A DNA stretch of 64,000 nt from Malacoraja senta (lineage: Eukaryota). Within the stretch, counting starts at the first letter, position 1. Every line of letters starts with the position of its first letter. The DNA lies in the NCBI GenBank assembly GCA_038087875.1, contig CM075991.1, positions 7,628,001 through 7,692,000 on the forward strand. The letters are read 5' to 3'. Under the pieces are notes generated by a model that worked only from the letters and a program-made list of their open reading frames with translations, made no database searches and was not told the DNA's origin. Made by a program: the position numbers and the translations under genes. Shown piece after piece: positions 37,915 to 50,835 of this stretch.

Positions 37915-39590
37915 CAGACCCTACAGTATCTGCCTCCACCACCACCCCTGGCTGTTCCAAACCCCCCACTACTCACTGGGTAAAACACTTGCCTCCTCTT
38001 AGTTTATAACTATACCCTCTAATGTTGGACATCTCCACTCTTGGAAAAAGGTTCTGACTATCTACCCTATCTATGCCTCTCATCATTTTATATACTTCTG
38101 TCAAGTTATTCCTCAACTTCTGACGTTCCAGAGAAAGCAAGCCAAGTCTATCCAAACTCTCCCTGTAGCTGGAACCCTCTAATCCAGGCAGCATTCTGGT
38201 AAAGCTCCTCTGCACCATCTCCAAAGATTCTGCATCTTTTCCGTATTGGGCTGACCAGAACTGCACACAAATGCAGCCTCACCAAAGCTACATCATAACT
38301 TCCTATACTCAATGCCCCTAGCAGTGAAGGCAAGCAGGCCATACACCTTCTTTACCACCTATACACTCAATGAGGAAAGATTGAAAAGTCTAGGCTTGTA
38401 TTCACTGTAGTTCAGAAGGATGAGGGGGTATCTTATAGAAACATATAAAATTATAAAAGGACTTGACAAGCGAGATGCAGGAAAAATGTTCCCAATGTTG
38501 GGCGAGTCCAGAACCAGGGGCCACAGTCTTAGAATAAAGGGGAGGCCATTTAAGACTGAGGTGAGAAAAAACGTTTTCACCCAGAGAGTTGTGAATTTGT
38601 GGAATTTCCTGCCTCAGAGGGCAGTGGAGGACAAATCACTGGATGGATTTAAAAGAGAGTTAGATAGAGCTCTAGGGGCTAGTGGAATCAAGGGATATGG
38701 GGAGAAGGCAGGCACGGGTTATTGACAGGGGATGATCAACCATGATCACAATGAATGGCGGTGCTGGCTCGAAGAGCCGAATGGCCTCCTCCTGCACCTA
38801 TTTTCTATGTTTCTATGTTTCTATGACCTTGGACTTCAAGTTCCCTCTGCACATCAATGCTGTTAAAGGACTTGCCATGAACTGCATTGTTACATTCAAT
38901 CTCCCAAAATGCAACACCTCACAAATGCTTGCATTAAACTCCATCTGCCATTTCTCTACCCATTTCTGCAGCTGATCAATATCCCACTGTATCTTCTGAC
39001 AGCCTTCCTCACTGTCTGCAACTCCTCCAATTTTAGTGTTGTCAGCAAACTTACTCACCAACTCATCTACATTTACATCCATGTCATCATATATATACAT
39101 ACATACATATATCACAAACAGCAGAGGTCCCAGCACTGATCCCTGCAGAACTCCACTGGTCACAGGCCTCCAGCGAGAACATCTACCTTCCACTACAACC
39201 CTCTGTCTTCCATGAATAAGCCAGCTCTGAATCTATATGACCAAGTCATTGTGAATCTTGTACATCTTAATATTCTGGATCATCCTCCCATGAAGGACCT
39301 TATCAAAAGGCTTACTAAAATCCATGTATACAACATCCACTCCTCTACCTTCATCAATCTCCTTCATCACCTCCTCAAAAAGCTAAATCTTAAGTAAGAC
39401 ATCTGCTGTGTACAATGCCATGCCGCCTATCCCTAATAAGCCCATTCTCTTCCAAATGGGAGTAAGTCCTACCTCGAAGAATTTTCTCCAGTAGTTTTCC
39501 TCCCAGTGGCGTGAAGCCCACCAGTCTATAATTCCCTTGATTCTCTCTACTTCCCTTCTTAAACAAAGGAACAACGTTTGCCACTGTGCA
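37915..39590 (-). mobile_element. Older CR1 LINE fragment interrupted by a younger plus-strand CR1 (38366-38823)
   Basis: WRPVTSGVLQGSVLGPLLFVIY, KFADNTKIGG and ANVVPLFKKG on minus; RGYLIETYK...GTGY on plus. Confidence 0.88.
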
Positions 39591-40700
39591 ATTCTCTGTG
39601 ACCTTGCCTGTGGCTAGAGAAGAAACAAAGATCCTGATGAGGATCTGGACAAAGATCCTTCATCTTGACACGGCAACAGGGTAATGGGGTTGATAGATTG
39701 TTCTGAGAGCAGGATAGATTTGATGGGCCGAATGGTCCCCTAGTCTCTTGTTGAAAAAAGAATAATTGTGTCATAGGTTTCCTTGATTTGGATTTGTTAC
39801 TTTTTTTGAACTGTGATCTATTAAATACATAGAAACTATTGAGAACACTTTGCATGATGTGGCATGACGTATGATACATCTCTCTGCATCTGCGACTGCT
39901 GTAGATGTGTGTTACTTGCCATCAATAAGGGATGTTTGATTTGAAGCTCTATCCTTGTTACTTGCCTTTATCAAACAGCAATACAGTGAAGAACATTGTA
40001 GTCTCCATCCTCAATCCTGACCTTTCCTCCCTTTCCTGCTTGCAAAGTCTTCTCATGCCTTGGTTTCTGTTTGTAATGAAATGATTTCTCTCCTGCTCTG
40101 ACAACAATGACACTGTCTAAAACCTTTGGCCTTGCTCCCTCCCTCTCTCCCTGTTTTCAAAATTGTTTGTGGAACCAACCATGTTGGCAGAGCCTGTCGG
40201 CTATCTTCACTCTTTTCTTCCAACTCTAGCTTGGCCCTGACACCGGGTTCTGAATTATCGTTGGATGCTGTGCTATGTTGAAGCTACGATAGAAACAGAA
40301 GGAGGGATGAACAGTTCCATGGGGGTGATGGTGAACCGTCTCCTTATCCTTATCCAGTCTGAAGAACTGTCCCGACTTGAAATGGCACCTATTCATCTTC
40401 TCCAATGATGCTCCCTGACCTGCTAAGTTACTCCAGCATTTTGTGCCTTTTTTTGTAAACCAGCCTCTGCAGTTTCTTGTATCCATAGTCTCCTTATCTA
40501 TCCCTTACTTTTGCCAGAACCAAAGATCTGCAAATGGTGGTTTATATTCCCAAGACAGACCCAAAGTGCTGGAGTAACTCAGCGGGTCAGGTAGCATCTC
40601 CAGAGAGAAAGGATCCTTTGTGATAGTACCTGCCTCAACTACTTCCTCTGGTAGCTTGTTCTATAAATCTGCCACACTTTGTGTAAAAAAAGTTACCTAA

Positions 40701-41376
40701 AGGGCCTGTCCCACTTGGCTGTCATTTACGTGACAGGCCGGTAGTGACTGACGCGCGACGGTCGCGAGCATCATCATGCGTCCGCACAGCCGTCTGGAGC
40801 GCGTGACGTCATTTGAAGATGGACACAAAATGCAGGAGTAACTCAGCAGGACCGGCAGCATCTCTGGAGAGAAGGAATGGATGATGTTTTGGGTCGAGAC
40901 TCTTCTTCAATCTGAAGAAGGGGCTCGACCCGAAACGTCACCCATTGCTTCTCTCCAGAGATGCTGCCGGTCCCGCTGAGTTACTCCTGCATTTTGTGTC
41001 TATCTCCAATCGTCTTGGCCCCGCTCTGGGAGTAGGAGTGGGGGCGGATCCGGATTCGCAACGGCCGTGAGCCCCAGGCCGATCTCGGCGATCGTTTGCC
41101 TGCTTCTGCTGCTGTTGGAGGTGAGACGTTGCACCGCGCCAGGGTCTTGGGCCTGTCCCACTTTGGCTGTCAGTTACGTGACAGGCAGGTGGCCAGCGAA
41201 GATTTTGTGCAGGACAAAGTCCACACTCCTCCACGCCACTACATGCGCCCATCCCGCGCCACCCACGCGCCACACACGTGCTACCCACATGCTACCCACA
41301 TGCTACCCACATGCTACCCACACGCTAGCAGGTCGTGTAAATGGCGCGCGAATGACAGCCAAGTGGGACAGGCCCT
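40701..41376. mobile_element. Composite PIF/Harbinger-type MITE containing a Penelope palindrome and a third internal TIR
   Basis: TIR agggcctgtcccacttggctgtcatt / aatgacagccaagtgggacaggccct, TAA TSD; palindrome ~40816-41006; extra TIR at 41148. Confidence 0.85.
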
Positions 41377-41379
41377 TAA

Positions 41380-41672
41380 CAGTGGCGCAGCAGTAGAGCC
41401 ACTGCCTCACAGCACCAGAGACATGGGTTCATTCCTGACTATGGGTGCTGTCTATACAGGGTTTGTATGCTCTCCCTGTGACTGCGTGGGTTTTCTCCAG
41501 GTGCTCCAGTTTCACCCACACTCCAAAGACCTGCAGGTTTGCAGGTTAAATGGCTTTAGTAAAATTGTAAATTTTCCTCGTGTGTGTAGGTTAGTGCGAG
41601 TGTACAAGGATGACTGGTCAACGCGGGCTCGGTCGGCCAAAGGACCTGTTCTGCATCTCCAAAGTGTAAAAG
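41380..41672 (+). mobile_element. V-domain tRNA SINE
   Basis: cagtggcgcagcagtagag head, V core, tail. Confidence 0.8.
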
Positions 41673-41906
41673 TCCAAAGGTTCCTATTACATTCTTTTCC
41701 CCTCACCTTAAACCAAGATGTTTCAGTTTTGCAGAGAAATTACAGAAAACTGAGCAAAGAGAGATCCATTCCAGCATTCGGATGGGTGAATGACACACTA
41801 ATCTGCTTGGTTGGTTGAGGGATAAATGTTGACGGGAGTTTTGATAGCTTTTGATAACATGCGTTAGAATTAAGCCGTGAACCAAATATATTGTATTGGT
41901 AGAACT

Positions 41907-42885
41907 AGTCAAGTCAAGTGAGTTTATTGTCATGTGTCCCTGGTAGGACAATGAAATTCTTGCTTTGCTTGAGCACAACAGAACATAGTAGGCATTTACT
42001 ACAAGGTATTCTATAAATATATACACAATGGTCAATATACTGATAAAGTGCAAATAACAGTATTAGCTAGTAAAGTTCAGTGTTATGTCTGAGCCAGGTT
42101 TAATAGCCTGATGGCTGTGGGGAAGTAGCTGTTCCTGAACCTGGTCGTTGCAGTCTTCAGGCTCCTGTATCTTCTACCTGAAGGTAGTAGGGAGATGAGT
42201 GTGTGGCCAGGATGGTGTGGGTCCTTGATGATGCTGCCAGCCTTTTTGAGGCAGCGACTGTGGTAGATCCCCTCGATGGCAGGGAGGTCAGAGCCGATGA
42301 TGGACTGGGCAGTGTTTACTACTTTTTGTAGTCTTTTCCTCTCCAGGGCACTCAAGTTGCCGAACCAAGCCACGATGCAACCAGTCAGCATGCTCTCTAC
42401 TGTGCACCTGTAGAAGTTAGAGAGAGTCCTCCTTGACAAACCGACTCTCCGTAATCTTCTCAGGAAGTAGAGGCGCTGATGTGCTTTCTTAATAATGGCA
42501 TCATTGTTCTCGGACCAGGAAAGATCTTCAGAGATGTGCACGCCCAGGAATTTGGAGCTCTTGACCCTTTCAACCATCGACCCGTTGATGTAAACGGGAC
42601 TGTGTGTCCCCATCCTACTCCTTCCAAAGTCCACAATCAGTTCCTTGGTTTTGCTGGTGTTGAGGGCCAGGTTGTTGTGCTGGCACCATATGGACAGTTG
42701 CTCGATCTCTCTTCTATACTCTGACTCATCACCATCAGTGATACGTCCCACAACAGTGGTGTCATCAGCGAACTTGATGATGGAGTTCGCACTATGTCCG
42801 GCTACGCAGTCATGAGTATAGAGTGAGTACAGCAGGGGACTGAGCACGCAGCCTTGAGGTGCTCCCGTGCTAATTGTTATCGAAT
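41907..42885 (-). mobile_element. Rex1/Babar LINE 3' part with uninterrupted RT reading frame
   Basis: ORF 42083..42940(-): ISTGAPQGCVLSPLLYSLYTHDC, IIKFADDTTVVG, KKAHQRLYFLRRL; (TTGAC)n tail. Confidence 0.9.
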
Positions 42886-43070
42886 CTGAATTGTATAGAA
42901 CTGAACTGAACTGAATTGAATTGAATTGGATTGAATTCAATTCTACAAAACAGCATAAAAATGGGTTATTTGGCCCGCTGAGTCAATGCCGACCATGAAT
43001 TACCCATACATGTATTTACGATATGATACGATACGATAGAACTTTGTTTATCTCGGGAGGGAAATTGATC

Positions 43071-43464
43071 TCATCATCATCATCATTGAAAACATCAGCG
43101 ACGCAGTGGTGCTGGTTTCCAACGGAAACAGTGACGGACGCGCCACACATCTCTGTCCTCCAGTTCCTGCGGACTTCCGCCGCTGGAAGTACAGGATTTT
43201 GGTGTGTGTGTGTGTTTTATCATCATTCCTTACAATGCTGTGTACGACAGTGATCGCAACTTCTACTGAAGTGTGGATGGCCGTTGGCTCGCTAGAAGCT
43301 CATCCGCCCTTTGACAGGTCTTGTTTTTGGTCCTGCTGGGGGGTCCACAGCCCCCTCCTCACCTGGTGGGGGAGACGGTTTAGTCGCCGACTATCCCACC
43401 ATGGAGCAGGTAGCACGGGATTACATGGTACCGGTGGCGGGGGGAACTCGTGGTACTCATGGCC
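43071..43464 (-). mobile_element. Bipartite RTE-derived non-autonomous retroposon
   Basis: TSD tgatct (43065-43070, 43465-43470); (GAT)n tail; 3' part encodes ELEDRDVWR (RTE ORF end) fused to a GC-rich UTR-like 5' part. Confidence 0.65.
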
Positions 43465-43589
43465 TGATCTGCCAACAGTCATAAAGACGCAAAATACACA
43501 AAACACAAAATACATGAAATGAAATTAAAGTGACGAGTGGAAAGGCTTGGGGGATGTGAAAAGATTGGGAGGGAGGGGGGGGGAGGGGT

Positions 43590-44165
43590 GTTCTATGTTA
43601 ACCCACCTTTGCATCCACTCCCTGCTCTCTAGATGTATATACAGAGATAAATTAACCTACAAACCTGCACGTCTTTGGAGTGTGGGAGGAAACCGGAGCA
43701 CCCAGACGATACCCATGTGGTCACGGGGAGAACGTACAAGCTCCCCATAGACAGCACCCAAAGTCAGAACCAAACCCCGGTCTTTGGCACTGTGAGGCAT
43801 CAGCTCTCCAAGCTGTGCCACTGTGCCAGTCCTTACTCTCATCCACCCACTCCCCGCACCCTGAATCCCCTCACCATGCAGCCCATTAGTTTACTTTAGA
43901 GATACAGCACGGAAACAGGCCCACCGTGTCCGCACCGACCAGCGATCCCCGCGCACTAACACCAGACCAATTTACAATTATTCCAAGCAAATGAATAAAC
44001 AAACCTGTATGTCTTTAGAGTGTGGAAGGGAACCGGAGACCCCGGAGCAAACCCACGCAGGTCACGGGGAGAACGTACAAACTCCATACAGACAAGCACC
44101 CATAGTCAGGATCGAACCCGGGTCTCTGGCGCTCTAAGGCAGCAACTCTAACGCTGCACCGCGCC
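43590..44165 (-). mobile_element. Two V-domain tRNA SINEs
   Basis: SINE cores at ~43590-43828 and ~43886-44165. Confidence 0.85.
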
Positions 44166-44684
44166 TCTCTACCGTGTATTTTCAACCCGGGTTGCAAACA
44201 TGTTTCAAAAGGCCTTCAATCCCCAACCAAAGAGGAATACAATTGGGCTAAAGTGCAAAACATATTTATCAGTTCTTACCGAGAGATATGCAGGAAGGTT
44301 AGCTCTGAAATCTACAGCCTATGCTGGAAGGAAAGCAAACAACTGACAACATTAATCACATTCTCACATTTGAATCTCTGTGTTCATTTCAAAGGATTTA
44401 ATCATGATTCATTATTTTCCTCTTCAACTCACTCATACTTGCATTGCTCCCACAATGATTTTGTTAACAGCAGCTGACAGGTATTTGACAATTTCTTTCA
44501 TACGTCCAGTCATCTATCTTTAAGAAAGAATCAACTGTTTTTTTTAATTTGCAATGCTTGAGAATAAAATCTGTTTTTGTCTCTTCCCTTTCATATTTGT
44601 GGACTGGTGTGAGAATGGGAACGGTTGCACAAGAAAGCAGATGATAATGGCATTTTAGTCATGGAAACGGGCTAGTCAGCCAAC

Positions 44685-44955
44685 TTTAGGACCGAGATGA
44701 GGAAAAACTTTTTCACACAGAGAGTGGTGAATCTCTGGAACTCTCTGCCACAGAGGGTAGTTGACGCCAGTTCATTGGCTATATTTAAGAGGGAGTTAGA
44801 TGTGGCCCTTGTGGCTAAAGGGATCAGGGGGTATGGAGAGAAGGCAGGTACGGGATACTGAGTTGGATGATCAGCCATGATCATATTGAATGGCGGTGCA
44901 GGCTCGAAGGGCCGAATGGCCTACTCCTGCACCTATTTTCTATGTATCTATGTAA
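44685..44955 (+). mobile_element. CR1 LINE 3' fragment
   Basis: tttaggaccgagatgaggaaaaac...ggatgatcagccatgatcatattgaatggcggtgcaggctcgaagggccgaatggcc. Confidence 0.9.
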
Positions 44956-45139
44956 CTTGCCCATGCGGACCATGGGTCAAACGCGGGCAGGTGGGACTCG
45001 TGTAGCTGGGACATGTTGGCCAGTGTGGGCAGGTTTGGCCAAAGGCCCTGTCTCCACGCTGTATCACTCTGACTCTGGGACTCTATGACCAAGGTGCCCC
45101 GTCTACGCTGGTCAGGATCCTTCCCAGGTGATCATTGCT

Positions 45140-45270
45140 TCTTCTTCCTGCGTACGGCGTGCACAGCCTAACGTTGCAGGACAACTTGTTCTATTTGATC
45201 TCATTTGATTGTGCACGCTGGGTTGATTGCATTCGTCGAAACAGGGTGAAGGTTGCAATCTTCCACCCCA
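45140..45270 (-). mobile_element. 131-bp retroposon (Vingi/ingi-like) with a 5' HDV-like ribozyme relic
   Basis: 10-bp TSD gatcattgct (45130-45139, 45271-45280); (GAA)n tail; 5' GGGGTGG-AA-GATTGCA...CGAA-TGCAATC. Confidence 0.7.
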
Positions 45271-46292
45271 GATCATTGCTGGCAGTGCAGCACTCCCTCA
45301 CCACTACACAACAACCTTTGTGTTTCAATCTCTGGAGTGAGACAAACTTCCACCCTCAGATTGAGAGAGAGAGAGAGAGTCAGAGTCATAGAATGATACA
45401 GCGTGGAACCCTTTGGCCCAGCTTGCCCACACCGGCCAACATGTCCCAACTACTCTCGTTCCACCTGCCAGCGTTTGGCCTATATCCCTCCAAACCTGTC
45501 ATATCCATGCACCTGTCTAACTGTTTCTTAAACATTGGGATAGTCCCTGCCTCAACTACCCTATGAAATTAACTCCATGTGCCACATTTGGGGTACCCGG
45601 TTGATTTGTACAAGGTGTGGTGTCCTCTGCCACAAAGTAAGTGCGCTGAATATAACTGAAACAATCCTGCTATTTTACTGAAAATTCAGGACGGATAATG
45701 AACATTGATTTCAAGCATGATCAGTTTGACAAGGAAAATGCCTTTCACTAAACAGTAAACTCCTGACCTAATCTAATGTGGAAGCAACGAGGGTTCATTA
45801 TCTGTAAAATATCCAGCTGCAGCTGTATCTGGCTTTAATACTGTCCAGTTATCAGCTTAAGATTGGATAAATAATCATGTTCGTTAGTGATAGGAGCAGA
45901 ATTAGGCCATTCGGCCCATCAAGTCTACTCCGCCATTCAATCATGGCTGATCTATCTTTCCCTCCTAACCCCATTCTCCCTATATCCCCTGACACCTGTA
46001 CTAATCAAGAATCGATCTATCACTGCCTTAAAAATATCCATTGACTTGGCCTCCACAGCCTTCAGTAGCAGGAGAGAGAGATTGGCCTATTTTCTCACTT
46101 TGATTCTCACACTCAGCCATCTTTATATTCTGTTGCCGTGGGCCGAACTCTACACCGCATCCAATTCGCCCATCCAACCCTCTGTTACCTGACCAATACT
46201 GGCCTCCATTCTACCAGTGACTCCATTTTAATATTCTCATCCTCGCCCGTGTCCTTGGCCCTCTTCGTCCCTGGAATCTCATCAAGAACTAC

Positions 46293-46595
46293 AACAGTGG
46301 CGCAGCGGCAGAGTTTTGCCGCCTCGCAGCGCCAGAGACCCGGGTTCGGCCCTGACTACGGGTGCCCACTGTACGGAGTCTGTACATTCTCCCTGAAGTC
46401 GCCTGGGTTTTCTCCGAATGCTCCGGTTTCCTCCCACGCTCCAAGGAGCTACAGGTTTGCAGATTAATTGGCTTCGGTAAAATTTTAAGTTGTCCCTATT
46501 GTGTGGGATTGCGCTCGTGTACGGGGTGATCGATGGTCGGCGTGGACTCGGTGGGCTGAAGGGCCTGTTTCCGCGCTGTATCTCTCAAGTCCAAA
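46293..46595 (+). mobile_element. V-domain tRNA SINE
   Basis: A/B boxes, V core, 3' gggctgaagggcctgtttccgcgctgtatctct. Confidence 0.85.
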
Positions 46596-47926
46596 GTACA
46601 GTCTAACTTGTTGTGCTCTTCCAATTTGCCTGTGCTCCTCAATTTTCCTAACCATTGCTTCATTGAATTCCTCTGCTAAAACTCTCCACATCTTTATTGC
46701 TCTTTTCTCCTTCAAGAAACTGGATCAAAACGACCTCTTTGGCCAAGCTTTTGGTCATTTCTTTTATTTCCTAATGGATGTTGGATTTTTAATACCATTG
46801 TTATTTATCGTAATGACCATTTTTAATAACACTTCAATGAAACAATTTATATTTCGGAGGTTTATAGTGTTAAAAAAAAAGTGCTGAGAACTGCCTTTAC
46901 AGTAATGAATTAGTCTTGTATATTCATGACGAAATATTAAAAATATTTCACCCTTGACTCCCTTCTGAATCTAATGCACACATGTAGTGTGTGTGATATA
47001 TACAGCATGAACTGGTGATTATACAGCTCGCTCCCAAAATGTATTATTTGTTCCTGCTGGAAGCCTAATGTAATATCCATCTTCAGTTATTTCCTGTGCT
47101 AACTACCTTCTCTCTTCATTTGGAACATAATTGTAACCCAGACACTGAAAAATGAAATGCTAATTTCAAACCAATTCTGCTGTTGATGTGTAATTCAAAT
47201 TAAAGCTCGATATGTTCAAATTAAAATGTCTCATAAACCCACATAATCCCATCCTTCACAACATGTATTCTAGAACTTTTTTAAAATACAGTTATCCAAT
47301 ATTTCTGTGCTCCGATCCACAGCCGTCACAGATTCGAATTTTAATCATGGTTCATGTCTGGGTCAAAAGCCTTGGAATTCTTCATCTAAATCTCTCTGCT
47401 TCTCTATCCTCTGCTCTTCAAAGCCTGACTATTTAATCAGGCCGTTAATTATCACCTCTAAAAGCTCCAAATGTGGATTCGCATCTAAATTATTTTTTTT
47501 GAAGTGCTCTGGGACGCTTTACAATGTTAAAATTGCTGTATGTGGGTTGGTTGCAACCGGCAGAGGTGTGTACCATGCAAAACCTGCTCATCCAAAAATT
47601 AGCTGAAGCAAATTAGCAGTGTTCAAGTCAAGTCAAGTCTAGTTTTATTCGTCAATTGCACATGAAGTGCAGTGAAATGAATTTGCCAGCAGTGGTACAA
47701 AATAAAAATCACACAATACACAATAAAAATTGAACACAAACATCCACCACTGCATTCATCACTGTGGTGGAAGGCTCAACATTTGGTCAGTCCTCCTCCA
47801 GGGTCGGGACCTCAACCCTCCGCAGGCACCCAGATGTGCAGACAAGGTAAGTCCAGGTAAGTCCTGAATCGGTACCTTCCCTCCGGAGACCGCGGCTTCA
47901 AGATGGTGTTGTTCATCTCAGACTAA

Positions 47927-48092
47927 GAAAGACACAAAATGCTGGAATAACTCAGAGGATCAGATAGCAGCATCTCAGGAGAAAAGGAATAGGTGATGTT
48001 TCGGGTCTTGACCTTGTCGATTATATGAGTTGCTCCAGCATTTAGTGTCTATCTTCTGTGTAAACCAACATCTCAAGTTCCTTCCTGCACAT
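47927..48092. mobile_element. Palindromic Penelope-derived insertion
   Basis: 15-bp TSD ttcatctcagactaa at 47912-47926 and 48093-48107. Confidence 0.75.
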
Positions 48093-49884
48093 TTCATCTC
48101 AGACTAAATCAGCTAAGATTCATTAAGTCATTTGACCATGCCGACCAAGTTGACATTTTGGCCTAGTCCCATGGGCCTGAATTTGTTCCATATCCCTCGA
48201 CCTTTCCATATATCGGTCCAAATGTCTTTGAAGTTGCAATTGCATCCATTTATGTAGCTTTGGAAGCTCATTCCATATATGGACCACCCTATGAGTGAAA
48301 AAAAATAGCCCTGAGGTCCCTCTTAAAACCCTCCCCCCCTCTCACCTTGAGCCTTTGCCTAGTTTTAGAATTGTTTACCCTGGGAAAAAGACTGTGCGCC
48401 TTCACTTTATCCAGGTTCCTCACGTTCTTGTACACCTCAATAAGGTCTCCCCTCAGCCTCCTATGCTCCAAAGATAAAGGCCCAGCCCATCCGACCTCTC
48501 CCAATAACTCAAGCCCGTAACTCCAGGTAATCTAAGGACGTGGGAGAAAAGAATTGAATGTCATATTGGCGCATCTGGATAGAGCGGGAATACAGTTGTG
48601 TGGAACCAGTGTATTGAATGGACCATTTCTGTACCGTAAATTCTATATAAATTAATGTCTGAAGAATGATATTGTAGCATTGCCTCAGTGCTCAATGCAG
48701 TGTCACCCTAGATTATGTATTCAAGTCCTGGTGTAGGGCTGGAATAGATCGTGAAGATAATATTTTACAACTCGCTAGATTACCTCAAGGCATCTCATCA
48801 GATTGCATGTCACCTTGGCTCAGCTGGCAGTGTTGTTGGCTCTGGGTATTAGCTATGTGTACAAGCTCTGCTGTAGAAACAGGCAGCAGAAGTCCAGTGG
48901 AGTGTTGGATCTCTGCTGAAGGTCACTTTAGATGTGCAGCAGCCTCTGACTGGATATTAAATCACCAGTAAAAGAGTTCGCCTCTGATGTTTGAGAGATC
49001 TTGTTGCGTACAAAATGGCTGCTCTAATTCCCAACACCTCAGCAGCAGTCAATGAAGCAACAAGACGTGATCATGTGACGTACAAATGCACACCTTTCCT
49101 CTTCTCTTTTGTCTCAGCTTGATTGTATATATTAATAATTTTAACAATTAATCAGAATGGACTTTGATGTTGTAGTGGTGAGTTTATTAAAAAATACAGT
49201 TGTCCAGTAGGAGTCAAAGGATAACAGTTGCCAATGATAGTGGGGCATCAAAGGATATGGAGGGAAGGCAGGAGATTGGGGTTGAGAGGGAAAAATAGAT
49301 TAACGATAGCAGAGTAGACTCGATGGGCCGAATGGCCCAATTCTGCTCCTCTCTTATGTTCTCATGGTCTTATAACAGATCCTTCATTTTGTGCCAATAA
49401 CAAACTTTTAGCATTATATTCCGTGAGGAATGAAGTGTTTGAAGTTCTTACGATTTGGCAAATCGGGCTATATTTACCCTCACTTATTTAGGTTTTATTC
49501 TTGCAGGAAGCTGTCATTTTAAATGTCTATTTGCGAAGTTGTCTCCACGAGCTAAGCTTTGGGGAGAAAAAAAAAGAGAAATCGTTCAGTTTGCAGCAAT
49601 TTCCTGCTGCTATTTGCAATTACACCCGTTCAACAATGGAAATCCAGAGCCGTCCAAATGCAGTCAGATCAGCTCTCCCCACGCTATTCCATCAAGCCCT
49701 AATCATGCCATGACCGACAGCTGTCAACTGATCGCGATCAAAAGGTAAACACATTTTCAAGAACAGGCACAATACGAATAAAATCTAAACCGTACAGCAA
49801 TGCATTGCAATGAATGATGGTGGCATCTAGATCATCTCATTCACAGCATATGCTTTCTGTGCACGGTAGAACACGATTGACAAA

Positions 49885-50192
49885 TTTAGTTTAATATAGA
49901 CATGCAGCCCGGAAACAGGCCCTTCGGCCCACTGAGTCCGCGCTGACCAGCGATTCCCGCCCACTACTGCTATCCTACATACACTAGGGACAATTTACAA
50001 TATGACCAAGCCAATTAGCCTACCAACCTGTACATCTTTGGAGTGTGGGAGGAAACCGGAGCACCCAGAGAAAACCCACGCAGGTCACGGGGAGAAGGTA
50101 CAAACTCCGTACAGACAGCGCCCGTAATCAGGATCGAACCCGGGTCTCTTGCGCTGTAAGGCTGACACTCTACCGTTGCACCAACATGCCGC
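49885..50192 (-). mobile_element. V-domain tRNA SINE, full length
   Basis: Reverse complement of head, V core and tail. Confidence 0.88.
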
Positions 50193-50835
50193 TTACTTTT
50201 TAAAAACTTACTTTAAACTACATCCTCTTCAAGCTTCAGTTTTTCAAAATACCGTTTACACTTCCAAATGTTTCCGTGTTTCCCATGTTTACCAGCTCAT
50301 CCACGAATTATTCCATAATGATAGCGTGAACTCATCAGTCATTGGAGATGACAATAAACTCGCCCGAGGCAATCTCCATCCACTGGAATTTAGGAAGATG
50401 CACAGTGCTTTCAATTAATTCATTGTCAGGGCAAGCAATGAACAGATTAACATTTTACCAGTTTTATGAAGGTCCATGTTTCAGATTTAGAGCTCATGAA
50501 AAAGGAGCAAAGACATTCTGGTGGATTAATTGGCTACTATAAATTCCACCGAATCTTTGCGAGAGACAAAAGAATCAAAGAGGAACTGATACACGTGCGA
50601 CAGAGAATAAAGTCGAAAGATTGGTAGGAAGGAAGTGCAGATGCTGGTTTACACCAAAGATCGACGCAAAATGGCGGAGTAACCCAGTGGGTCAGGCAGC
50701 ATAATTATAAAAGGCAGACAAAATTGCTGGAGAAACTCAGCGTCTTTGGAGCTCATAGATGCTGCCGCACCCACTGAGTTTCTCCAACAATTTTGTCTAC
50801 CTTTGATTTTCCAGCATCTGCAGTTCCTTCTTGAA

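Noticed and set aside
41096..41818. 240-aa ORF
   Set aside because: Reads through a MITE and a SINE
43360..43464. Possible HDV-like ribozyme at the 5' end of the RTE-derived element
   Set aside because: A P1-like pairing (GCCATG/CATGGT followed by GG) exists, but I could not build a consistent P2/P3/L3
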